Positions 46,801 through 55,044 of a stretch of 64,000 nucleotides of DNA are shown here, one piece after another; position 1 is the first letter of the stretch, and each line of letters opens with the position of its first letter. The position numbers and the translations under genes are program-made. This stretch comes from Thermoplasmatota archaeon (lineage in GTDB: Archaea > Thermoplasmatota > JAKEGO01), in contig JANQNK010000003.1 of NCBI GenBank assembly GCA_028279595.1, positions 176,568 through 240,567 of the forward strand. Reading direction: 5' to 3'. The notes under the pieces are model-generated. The model was not told the DNA's origin. It worked only from the letters and a program-made list of their open reading frames with translations, and searched no databases.

Positions 46801-49361
46801 GTCGCATAGTTGCCCCCGTAGCCGATCCTCGAGACTGAGAACTCGCAGTGCCTCGGGTTCTCCATCTTCGTCATGATCTGGGCCTCGTATATGCTGGGTA
46901 CCCCTTCGCCCGCCTCCCTGCGGGCCTCAAGGTCCCCGACGGTCTCCCTGTGGTCGGGGTGTATGAGGTCCTGCATCGACATGTCGTACAGTTCCTCCTT
47001 CGAGTAGCCGGTGATCTGGGACGTCCTGTCGTTGACGAATAGGAACCTGTCGCCCTGGTAGATGTATACCATGTCGTGACTCTGCTCCACAAGGTTCCTG
47101 TACCTCTCCTCGCTCTCCACCATGGCCTGCTCGGCCTGCCGCCTGCCAGTTATGTCGCGGACCGCCCCCAGGGATGCCGGGGAGCCCTCGTAGACGATCC
47201 TCTCGACCGAGAACTCGCAATGCCGTTCCGTGCCGTCCTTCGAGAGCACCCGGGCCTCGTAGACCCTCGGGGCGTCCTCGTTCTCCTCCCTCTGCCTCTC
47301 GATCGTGACGGCCCGGTCCCCGTCCTCATCGTGGAGCAGTTCCTCGAGCGACATGCCGATGAGTTCGGTCTTCGGGTATCCCGTGATCTCGACCGTCCTG
47401 TCGTTGCAGAACACGAACCTGCCGCCCTGGAGGATGAACACGAAGTCGTGGGACCGCTCGATGACGGTCCTGTACCTCTCCTCGCTCTCCTTCAGGACCT
47501 CCGCCCACTGGCGTCTCTCCGTGATGTCCCTGACAGTGGCCTGAAGAACCCTCTTCCCGTGGAGCGTGAAGGCGGTCAGCCACACCTCTGCCGGGAAGTC
47601 GGTGCCATCCTTCCTCCGGTGGACCCACTCGAAGCGGTTGTGGCCCTTCTCGAAGGCCGTTGCGATGCGCTCGTCCGCGGCCTCCATGGAATCGGTCCCG
47701 TCCGGCTGGGTGGGCGGGGACATGTCGGCGGGATGTGCGGTGACGAACTCGTCCATCGACGAAAGCCCGAACATCCTAAGTGTCGCCTCGTTGCAGTCGA
47801 AGAAGCCCTTCTCGTCGAGGAGCATTACAGCATCCATTGACGATTCGAAGAGCGTCCGGTAGCGTTCCTCGTTCTCCCTGAGGGCCATCTCGGCCTTCGT
47901 CCTCTCGGTCACGTCTATCATCTGCGTGACGTGGCCTCCCTCGAAGAGCGAGAGCTCGAACTGGACCATCCTCTTGGTCCCGTCCCTGCAGGTGAGCTGG
48001 AATACGTTGGTCTCGGGCTCGAGCCCCGAGATGATGAGATTGATGTTCCGCCTGACCGCCTCGCGATACCCCTCGGTCGGATAGAGCTTCTCGTTCCACA
48101 CGTCGATGTGCTCCATGTCCTCGTGGGTGTATCCGGTGAGGGCCTCGGCGGCCGGATTGATCGAGATGATGGTCCCGTCGACGAGGACGACGATGGTGGG
48201 GATCGGGTTCTTCTCGATCGCGGCGAGTAGCCGTTCCTCGGTCCTCGAGCGCTCCGCGGCCTCCGTCTGGAGCCGCTCGTTGGCCATTATGAGCTCGTCC
48301 GTGCATGCCTCGAGCTCCGCTATGTCCGCGTCGTAGGGCTTCGCGGCGGCCTTCTCCGGAGGAATGGCCGGTCTCGCAATGCTCATGACCATCCGCTCGC
48401 CCTCGATGACCTGGATGTGGGAAATGAGCCTTACCGGCAGGATGGTCCCGTCCTTCGCCCTGACGAGGGTGTCCATGGTCGCCTTTCCGTTCACGGTGAG
48501 GTCGTCGAGGTACCTGAAGATGTGTTCACGGTCCTCGGAGACGTCGAGGTCCTGCGGCTTCAGTTCGAGGAGTTCCTCGAGGGTGTATCCGAGACGTGCG
48601 CACCCGATCTCGTTCACTGCGACGAACTTGGCCGGTATCCCGTTCTCATCGAGCTCGTTCATCATCATCGGGTCTGCGATATCATCGAACAGATCGCTGA
48701 TCCCACGGGCCAATAGCGGTTTACCCAGCATTATGGACGGTTGAACGGGTTCCTGGTATTCGACAGGTGGCGTCCCTTCGACGTGCACCACCGGCTTGGG
48801 CCTCTCCTCTGCTATCCCGCCGAACGTTCTATGGACGACCTCCTCAGGTCCCATCTCGGACTGTGGAACCGCCTCGACCACTGTCGGCTCATCATCGTCA
48901 TCCGGAGCCTCGTCTACCACAGGAGGTCCCACCAGAGATGCATCCGGGGCCGAGGAGTCCACCGGTCCTTGATATGGGATGGGTTCCGGCTCAACGATCG
49001 TACCTTCGGGGATATCGGCATCCGCTTCGAGTACCGGGATCGCAGTGACATACTGTTTCGTCAGGGCCGCGTCACCGCTGAGGACGTCGTCGATGACGTC
49101 CGAGAGGTTCTTCCCCACCGGGACAAGGAGCACGGTCGTGTCCGGGCTGCGCTCCCATATCTCCCTGGCGATCAGCATCTGGTCCGACCAGTCGACCTCC
49201 CGGTCGATGATAGCGATGGACAGGTCCTGAGTACCAACGTGGGAATCAAGGAGGGACCAGTCGGTTATCGGTACGAACTCGGCGGGCTTTCCCTGGAGGG
49301 CGCTGGCTAGGCCTTCCAGAGCATGAGAACTCGTAACCAGCCCGATCCTTTCTCCCGCCAT
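43836..49361 (-). CDS. Giant (1841 aa) multi-PAS/GAF HisKA histidine kinase
   Basis: Receiver-like N-terminus, acidic/Pro-rich linker, about 10 PAS modules, one GAF, H-box FAYSVSHDLRAPLR, HATPase (NLVTNAIKF; DNGIGI; GTGIGLAI). Confidence 0.8.
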   Translation of the reverse strand: MAGERIGLVTSSHALEGLASALQGKPAEFVPITDWSLLDSHVGTQDLSIAIIDREVDWSDQMLIAREIWERSPDTTVLLVPVGKNLSDVIDDVLSGDAALTKQYVTAIPVLEADADIPEGTIVEPEPIPYQGPVDSSAPDASLVGPPVVDEAPDDDDEPTVVEAVPQSEMGPEEVVHRTFGGIAEERPKPVVHVEGTPPVEYQEPVQPSIMLGKPLLARGISDLFDDIADPMMMNELDENGIPAKFVAVNEIGCARLGYTLEELLELKPQDLDVSEDREHIFRYLDDLTVNGKATMDTLVRAKDGTILPVRLISHIQVIEGERMVMSIARPAIPPEKAAAKPYDADIAELEACTDELIMANERLQTEAAERSRTEERLLAAIEKNPIPTIVVLVDGTIISINPAAEALTGYTHEDMEHIDVWNEKLYPTEGYREAVRRNINLIISGLEPETNVFQLTCRDGTKRMVQFELSLFEGGHVTQMIDVTERTKAEMALRENEERYRTLFESSMDAVMLLDEKGFFDCNEATLRMFGLSSMDEFVTAHPADMSPPTQPDGTDSMEAADERIATAFEKGHNRFEWVHRRKDGTDFPAEVWLTAFTLHGKRVLQATVRDITERRQWAEVLKESEERYRTVIERSHDFVFILQGGRFVFCNDRTVEITGYPKTELIGMSLEELLHDEDGDRAVTIERQREENEDAPRVYEARVLSKDGTERHCEFSVERIVYEGSPASLGAVRDITGRRQAEQAMVESEERYRNLVEQSHDMVYIYQGDRFLFVNDRTSQITGYSKEELYDMSMQDLIHPDHRETVGDLEARREAGEGVPSIYEAQIMTKMENPRHCEFSVSRIGYGGNYATLGSVRDITLRRQAEEELRQHRDHLEEIVEERTTELRTAYDHVKQEVDEREKVEQELIKSTEKYQNLFDSALVGLYRTRISTGEIIECNAQLSRLFGYTDRELFMEDFRSGDLYIDPSARERLLAKLKVAGKVDNFETRFKRKDGTVFWGSLSAQIFPEEGYLEGYLVDITEGKWALEALQESELRYRSLFDNMFNGFAYNKVVTGDDGSVKDWVFLEVNDSFESFTGLTREEIIGKNATDVIPDVRDSDPDMIGIFGQVATTGKQTRFIINIRAFDRWFSVSAYSPREGYFVSLFEDITEAKQAEGALLESEERYRTLVETMSEGLGIRDENGVIIYVNERHCEILGYDRDEIIGRPVTDFLDEDNLRIMEEQMRMRKEGGSNSYEVAYIRKDGSRVQTITSAVPVYDTEGHYKGAYAVVLDIADLVTAESALEESQRALATLMSNLPGMAYRCRNDRERTMEFISEGCLDLTDHHPSELIGNKQLAYTELIHTNDREYAWNEIQTSLRDNKPFQLVYRIHTARGEERWVWEQGQGVFDEAGNLQALEGFITDTTERIKAEEDIRRRDDILEAVGFAAERFLETTYWEEGIKEILSRLGNGTDVCRVYIYENEPVPGGGMLTTLRYEWTGAIAKPQTDLAVNTIPINESRLAFWKGPLSRQQVTQGHVRDFPDRWRAQYMDLGVRSVTFAPIFVGHDWWGTIGFDECRTERVWSNAELDAIKVAADTFGAAIQRQYAEEELIIYRRHLEELVADRTAELEESNAELEAFAYSVSHDLRAPLRAMYGFSQALMEDYGEKLDDVGREYAQRIISGSERMDSLIQDLLVYSRLSLTDITPEPVELSEVVEEILEHLRHDLSARDVKITVGDYMPSVMGNPPTLTQVIVNLVTNAIKFVDPDDKPDLRIYAEDREDWVRIWVEDNGIGIAPEHQEQIFRVFERLHGSEEFPGTGIGLAIVRKGVARMNGNVGLESEVGKGSRFWFELLREE

Positions 49362-49483
49362 TCGACCACAGTGCCCTCTGACCGGGGCAGTATAGTAATG
49401 GAGCGTTATAAAAGGTTTTTATTTATTGCTGGACTGGCGGATACATTCGAGAGGACGATCGGCCTGACCATGCCTCTCGGGCT

Positions 49484-49879
49484 TCAGGACGTTATGGTAC
49501 TACTTCCTTCCATTCCACGCAGGAGTAGCGCCCTTTCGACCACCGTGAGGATCTCAGCGTCGCAGAAGGGCTTGATTATCAGACCATGGGACCGGGTGCC
49601 ATGGATCCTCTCCATCGTCGCATCGTCCGCATTGGCCGTGACATGGACGATCGATGCGTCGCACTTCCTGCTTATGATGCTCGATGCCTCGATCCCGTCC
49701 ATATCCCCCTTCAAATGGACATCCATGAGGACGAGGTCCGGACCCTTCTCAATGACCTTCGACACGGCATCGAATCCCGTCCTGACCATATCGACGACCC
49801 TGTAGTTCCACTGTTCCAATCGCCTCTTGAGGTCCCTAGCGATGAGCATCTCGTCCTCTACAATGATTATCGTTCTCAT
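49484..49879 (-). CDS. Stand-alone receiver domain protein
   Basis: IIIVEDEMLIA...LVLMDVHLKGDMDG...IIKPF. Confidence 0.8.
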   Translation of the reverse strand: MRTIIIVEDEMLIARDLKRRLEQWNYRVVDMVRTGFDAVSKVIEKGPDLVLMDVHLKGDMDGIEASSIISRKCDASIVHVTANADDATMERIHGTRSHGLIIKPFCDAEILTVVERALLLRGMEGSSTITS

Positions 49880-49888
49880 GGGGTGACC

Positions 49889-50341
49889 TCAAGCGTCTGA
49901 TGGGCTCGGCTCGTTGTTGATCGATGCTGCCAGGTCCCTCGATAGGGGTTCCTCGACCATCCTGCACTGGTCATTCAGAGCTCGACGCATCACTACGGAT
50001 TCGATTATCGAGACGAGTTCGTTGTCCGAGAACGGTTTGATTATCACATCAGAGGACCTGAGTCCAAGGCGGTCCATTGTTGATGGGTCACTGCTCGCGG
50101 TCACGAAAAGAACTGCACTATCGCACTTTCTGGTGATGAATTCAATGGTCTCTATCCCATCCATGGCGCCCACAAGCTGGATGTCCATCAGGATGATATC
50201 GGGGCATGTCTCGATGGCCGTCGAGACCGCCTCCTCTCCCGTTCTGCTCATGCCGATGACCTCGTAGCCGAGCCTCTCGAGCCGGTGTTTGAGATCCGTG
50301 GCTATTACCATTTCATCCTCTACGATCAGAACCCTATTCAT
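49889..50341 (-). CDS. Stand-alone receiver domain protein
   Basis: MNRVLIVEDEMVIA...IILMDIQLVGAMDG...IIKPF. The ATG at 50341 is preferred; the track ORF (to 50464) adds 41 implausible residues. Confidence 0.75.
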   Translation of the reverse strand: MNRVLIVEDEMVIATDLKHRLERLGYEVIGMSRTGEEAVSTAIETCPDIILMDIQLVGAMDGIETIEFITRKCDSAVLFVTASSDPSTMDRLGLRSSDVIIKPFSDNELVSIIESVVMRRALNDQCRMVEEPLSRDLAASINNEPSPSDA

Positions 50342-50502
50342 GAGGCCCACCTCCTGTTGCAGGGTTGGGGCCCGGGTAACGGGGGACCTTGCAAAAGGCG
50401 GAGGTGATGCCACCGATGCAGGTAGAAGACGCAATATCGTCCCCGGACCCATGTGATTGTTCATCCTGATGAATCGAAATTCCCACTGTCCATCCCCCTT
50501 GT

Positions 50503-50688
50503 TCAGTTCCTGATATGGTTGACCTCGATGTTGTTCGCCTTCGAAGTGCAGACCATTGCCATCCAGGTCGACGGCCTTATTCCCAGTTCCTTGCTGATCT
50601 GTTTGATCTCATCGTAGATCTGCTCCTGGAGGGTGATCGTGACCCTGACCTTCCTGCCATCGTTCTGATGCACTTCGACGTCTTGCAT
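50503..50688 (-). CDS. Small ribbon-helix-helix-like protein
   Basis: RKVRVTITLQEQIYDEIKQISKELGIRPSTWMAMV has a beta/helix/helix pattern. Confidence 0.45.
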   Translation of the reverse strand: MQDVEVHQNDGRKVRVTITLQEQIYDEIKQISKELGIRPSTWMAMVCTSKANNIEVNHIRN

Positions 50689-50781
50689 GATACTACAAGG
50701 TGCTTTTCAAAACCATATTGTTTCTGTAAAGAACGTGGAAAACGTTGAAAGAATCAGTTTTCGATCTTATCCCGGAACGGT

Positions 50782-53409
50782 CTATCTCTTGAACAGGCTC
50801 CTCCCCTTCTCCGTGAGGTCGAAGGATTTGGACTTCCCTTTCCTCGTTTCGGATATGTAACCAAGCCCTGTCAGTTGATTCACGCGTTTCCTGGCGGTCG
50901 GCCGGCTGATCCTCAGCTCCTCCACGAGGGTAAGATATGTCGGGCTGATGTTCTTGTCGTGCTGGTCGACGATTAACCGGAGCACATCCATCAATTGAGC
51001 AGACAACATCGTTTCGTGGAGCGGCAGTAGGTCCTCGCATTCGATCTCCAGCTGTCGCATCTGGGATTCATCGATAGCATCCGGATTTGCAGCGATTATC
51101 ACTATCAGGTCCTTGAGGTAGGCCAATTCCCTGACCTCCTGGACGAATGCCAATGTCCTGTCGAACCCGTTCTTCGTTGATAGGTATCCGATACCATCGA
51201 TCAGAACGGCCTCTCTGGGAGAGAGTCCCTCGATGGTCCGCTCTATACCTTCAACGTCCGGCGAGAACGCCTCCTCGCTCTCTCGGCTGGCAAGCCAGTG
51301 GAAGTCGTACTCACCTTGGATGGACCGTCTGAACGACTTCTCCGGCGTTCGCGAGAAGACCGTGGTATACAGGCCGATATTTAGCAGGTCCTGCAGGGAC
51401 TCGAGAGAGCGGTCTGAAACCTTCTCCTTGACGAGGTAGGTTCCACCATCCTCGAGTCGATATCTCATCAATCGCCTTCTCAGTTCCATCTCAGCCTCCT
51501 TCCGGTGCGTGATGTCCCTCCCAGATGCGAAAAGGATGTTCTTATCCGGGTCCGGATTGATGGTCCATGCGACCCAGCGTGTACTTCCATCCTTCGCCAT
51601 CATGAGGTCCTCGACCCGTAGGCTCCTCTCTCCCCGCTCCATGGCTTCTTTGATCCTAGCCAGGTTCTTCCCAACGGTCCGAGGGTGGATGATATCGAGG
51701 ATCGATCGTGAGATCAGGTCCGTCTCCTCATATCCCAGGATGTTATGGAATGATGAATTGACCTTCATGAACGTGTAATCCTCCAGGTCGACCATGCAGA
51801 CGAGGTCCGATGATACCTCGAAGTAGCTCTCGATCTCCCTTTCCATCTCCTTCCGCTCAGTAAGGTCGACGATGGTCTGGAAGAGGTACGTCTTTCCGCC
51901 GATCTCTATCAACTGACCGTGGAAGAGCCCGTACTTCTCGGTCCCGTCCTTCGCTATCGCCTTCAGCTCGATCCCTGAATAGAGACCGTCCCTCCTGATC
52001 AGCTCCACGAGTGTCCCGACGTCAGCTGGATCGACGATCGCAAGCTGGTCCCGTGTCTTCCCTATGATCTCATCCCTCTGGTATCCCAATTTCCGGATGC
52101 CGTTCTCGTTCATATCGATGATCCGGCCGTCCTCGAGGTTGCTGATGACAAGCACGTTCGGGCTAGTCTCGAACAGTTTGTGGAACTTTTCTTCGCTCTC
52201 CATTAGGGCCATTTCCGACTCCTTCCGTCGTGTTATGTCCCGCCCGATGGAGATCATGTACTTCGGCTCACCAGAATCGTCCTCGATGACCGAGACCTGG
52301 TATTCTGTAGGGACCCTTCGACCGTCCTTGCATATCAATTCCAGCTCGATCGTTCCGGTCCCTTCATCGATGACCGTCTGGATGAAAGAGCCAGCCTCTG
52401 CGAGGTCCTCTTCGCTGTAATACGAAGCCGGAGCCGGCATCCCGGCTATCTCCTCGTCGGTGTAGCCAGTGACATCGTTGAAGGCCTTGTTCCATCTGAT
52501 CGCTTTTCCGGTCGCCGGTTCGAACAGGAAGAATGTGTCCATCTGAGCGTCGAGGGCAGTATCGGTGAATTCCTTCTCCTCTAGAAGTGCCTTCTCCGCC
52601 CTCCGTCGCTCGCTGATATCCTTGGCGTACACGGCAATGCTCAAGACCTCCCCGTCCGTGTCGAAGACCGGATACAGACTGTTCTCGAAGTACCTTCCAT
52701 CCCTTTCATCCTCGAACCTTACTGGCTTCTTTGTACCAACGACCATCTCGGCGTACTTCAATCTCGATTCCACCAGGGTTGGCGGCAGGTAGTCGGTTAT
52801 TTCTGATCCGACCAATGCATCCGGACTTCTGCCAAGTCGGTCCGCCGCGATATCATTGATCGCCAAAATCCTTCCGCCCTCTCCGACCAGCATGGCGGAC
52901 TCCAAGGGAGCGTTCAGGAGGGCCTTGAGCAGCTCCTCGTCCTGACGCATATGGTTCTCCCTTTCCATCTGCTCGGTGATATCACGGACTATCGCCTGGA
53001 TTATCGTCTCCCCATCGAACTCGACGCAGTTGAGCGAGACCTCTGCGTCGAACTCGGTCCCGTCGAGTCTGGAATGCTTCCAGTAGAACCTCTGGTCCCT
53101 TCCCTTGACGCATGACGTGATCATCTCCTGTGCCTTATCCTTGGAAGACCTGCCATCCGGTTGTATCTCTGGAGAAAACTCCCATGGGCTCCGACCGATG
53201 ATGTCCTCCTTCGATTTGCAACCGTAGATCTCGAGCGTTTTCGGGTTGCACTCCGTGAAGATTTCGCCATCCATCGTGAAGATGGCATCATTGGCCTTTT
53301 CGAACAGTGTCCGATATCTGATCTCCGACTCTGATTGGGAATCTACTGCAGACTCACCTGCATTCATTGCAGTCACCCCGATGGATAATTTCCATCGTTC
53401 TGAATCCAT
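50782..53409 (-). CDS. One-component sensor/regulator: about 5 PAS + DUF835 + C-terminal wHTH
   Basis: Repeated PAS modules, a DUF835 block (YLVKE...FSRTPE...FHWLA...VLIDGIGYLSTKNGFDRTLAFVQEVRE), and the wHTH tail LVEELRISRPTARKRVNQLTGLGYISE. Confidence 0.7.
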   Translation of the reverse strand: MDSERWKLSIGVTAMNAGESAVDSQSESEIRYRTLFEKANDAIFTMDGEIFTECNPKTLEIYGCKSKEDIIGRSPWEFSPEIQPDGRSSKDKAQEMITSCVKGRDQRFYWKHSRLDGTEFDAEVSLNCVEFDGETIIQAIVRDITEQMERENHMRQDEELLKALLNAPLESAMLVGEGGRILAINDIAADRLGRSPDALVGSEITDYLPPTLVESRLKYAEMVVGTKKPVRFEDERDGRYFENSLYPVFDTDGEVLSIAVYAKDISERRRAEKALLEEKEFTDTALDAQMDTFFLFEPATGKAIRWNKAFNDVTGYTDEEIAGMPAPASYYSEEDLAEAGSFIQTVIDEGTGTIELELICKDGRRVPTEYQVSVIEDDSGEPKYMISIGRDITRRKESEMALMESEEKFHKLFETSPNVLVISNLEDGRIIDMNENGIRKLGYQRDEIIGKTRDQLAIVDPADVGTLVELIRRDGLYSGIELKAIAKDGTEKYGLFHGQLIEIGGKTYLFQTIVDLTERKEMEREIESYFEVSSDLVCMVDLEDYTFMKVNSSFHNILGYEETDLISRSILDIIHPRTVGKNLARIKEAMERGERSLRVEDLMMAKDGSTRWVAWTINPDPDKNILFASGRDITHRKEAEMELRRRLMRYRLEDGGTYLVKEKVSDRSLESLQDLLNIGLYTTVFSRTPEKSFRRSIQGEYDFHWLASRESEEAFSPDVEGIERTIEGLSPREAVLIDGIGYLSTKNGFDRTLAFVQEVRELAYLKDLIVIIAANPDAIDESQMRQLEIECEDLLPLHETMLSAQLMDVLRLIVDQHDKNISPTYLTLVEELRISRPTARKRVNQLTGLGYISETRKGKSKSFDLTEKGRSLFKR

Positions 53410-53505
53410 TTAACCTTTTCCATGTTCTTTCAGGAAAACGGCTAGCCAGTAGGTAAATTGAAAGGGTGATTTTCAATGAAGTGGAAATAGTCACTAATGG
53501 TGGTC

Positions 53506-55044
53506 TCACTTGGCCTTGGGGAGTTCTATCCAGAACTTGCTGCCCTTGCCGGGGGCGGATTCGACACCAACATAACCGTTCATACGGTCCATTCCCTTCT
53601 TTACTATAGCCAATCCAAGGCCGGTACCGGGATAGGACTCGAGGCTGTGCAACCTCTCGAAGACCTGGAATATCTTCTGCTGATACTCGAACGGGATCCC
53701 GATCCCGTTGTCCTCGACCCAGACCCGGACGATGTTCTCCTCCTCCTCGGCGTAGATCCTCACGATCGGAACGACGTTCGGATCGACGAACTTGAAGGAG
53801 TTCGTCATGAGGTTCATGAAGACGGTGGTCAGGGTCGGCCTGTGGGCGATGACCTCGGGCAGAGGGTCGTCGACGAAGACGTCGGCCTCCTTCTCCTGGA
53901 CCATCGTCTCGAGCTGGGCTACCGCGTCGAGCACCACCGATTCGAGATGGACCCTCTCGGTCTCGATGTCAGGGATGTTGAGCCTGCTGTAGATGAGGAG
54001 GTCGGATATCAGCGAGTCCATGCGCCCCGAGGCCCCGACGATCCTGTTGAGGTAGTCGACACCTGTCTCGTCGAGCACCTCTCCGTAGTCCTCCATCAGG
54101 GCCTGGCTGAATCCCTCCATGGCCCTGAGAGGCGCCCTCAGGTCGTGTGAAACGGAATAGGCGAAGGTCTCCAGAGCGGCGTTCGCCTCGGCGAGCTCCT
54201 CGTTCGTGTCCTCGAGCTCGGAGGTCCTCTGATCTACGAGGTCCTTCAGATGTTCCCGGTATCTGGTGAGCTCTGCTTCCGCAGCCTTCCTCTCGGATAT
54301 ATCACGGATCGCGACCACAAGGCCGGTTATCTCGCCCTGCTCGTTGTATATGAAGGAGCCCTCGAACTCAACGTCAAGGTCTCCCCGGGACGCCGTCCTG
54401 ATCACGGATTCCTTCAGCCCCATGAGGGCGATGTGCGCACCCTGCTCCGCTCCCTTGGCATTGCTCTCGGCGCTGTGGTCCTTCACGCCCACGACGTCGA
54501 TGACCTCGTTGAGAGGCCTGTCCATCGAGTCCTGGATGCTCCACCCGGTGATCTCCTCGGCCATCGGGTTCATGAAGGTGATCTTCCCATCGGTGTCGGA
54601 GGCGACGATTCCGTCCTTGATGCTGTTTAGCACGGTGGAGAGCCACTTCTCGTTCTCCTTCATCCTCAGCTCCACGCCGTGCTTCGAGAGGGCCATCTCG
54701 ATCGTCGTGTAGATCTCCCTCTCCACGAATGGCTTGATGATGTAGCCATACGGTTGGGTCCCCTTCGCCCTGTCCAGTGTCGTGTCGTCGGCGTATGCCG
54801 TGAGATAGACGATGGGGATATCCTCCTCGGCGCGTATCTTCTCGGCGGCGCTGATACCGTCCATCTTCCCCTTGAGCCTGATGTCCATTATGACGAGGTC
54901 GGGGAGCTCCTCGAGGGTCTGGTCAATAGCCTTCTTGCCGGACCCGACTATTCCGATAACGGTATAGCCCAATCTGTCCAGGGTGTTCGCGAGGTCCTTT
55001 CCGACCAGCTGTTCGTCCTCGACGATCAATATCCTAGCTCTCAT
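53506..55044 (-). CDS. Receiver + PAS + HisKA/HATPase histidine kinase
   Basis: REC (ILIVEDEQLV...LVIMDIRL...KPF), PAS, H-box FAYSVSHDLRAPLR. The kinase core closely parallels that of the 1841-aa protein. Confidence 0.8.
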   Translation of the reverse strand: MRARILIVEDEQLVGKDLANTLDRLGYTVIGIVGSGKKAIDQTLEELPDLVIMDIRLKGKMDGISAAEKIRAEEDIPIVYLTAYADDTTLDRAKGTQPYGYIIKPFVEREIYTTIEMALSKHGVELRMKENEKWLSTVLNSIKDGIVASDTDGKITFMNPMAEEITGWSIQDSMDRPLNEVIDVVGVKDHSAESNAKGAEQGAHIALMGLKESVIRTASRGDLDVEFEGSFIYNEQGEITGLVVAIRDISERKAAEAELTRYREHLKDLVDQRTSELEDTNEELAEANAALETFAYSVSHDLRAPLRAMEGFSQALMEDYGEVLDETGVDYLNRIVGASGRMDSLISDLLIYSRLNIPDIETERVHLESVVLDAVAQLETMVQEKEADVFVDDPLPEVIAHRPTLTTVFMNLMTNSFKFVDPNVVPIVRIYAEEEENIVRVWVEDNGIGIPFEYQQKIFQVFERLHSLESYPGTGLGLAIVKKGMDRMNGYVGVESAPGKGSKFWIELPKAK

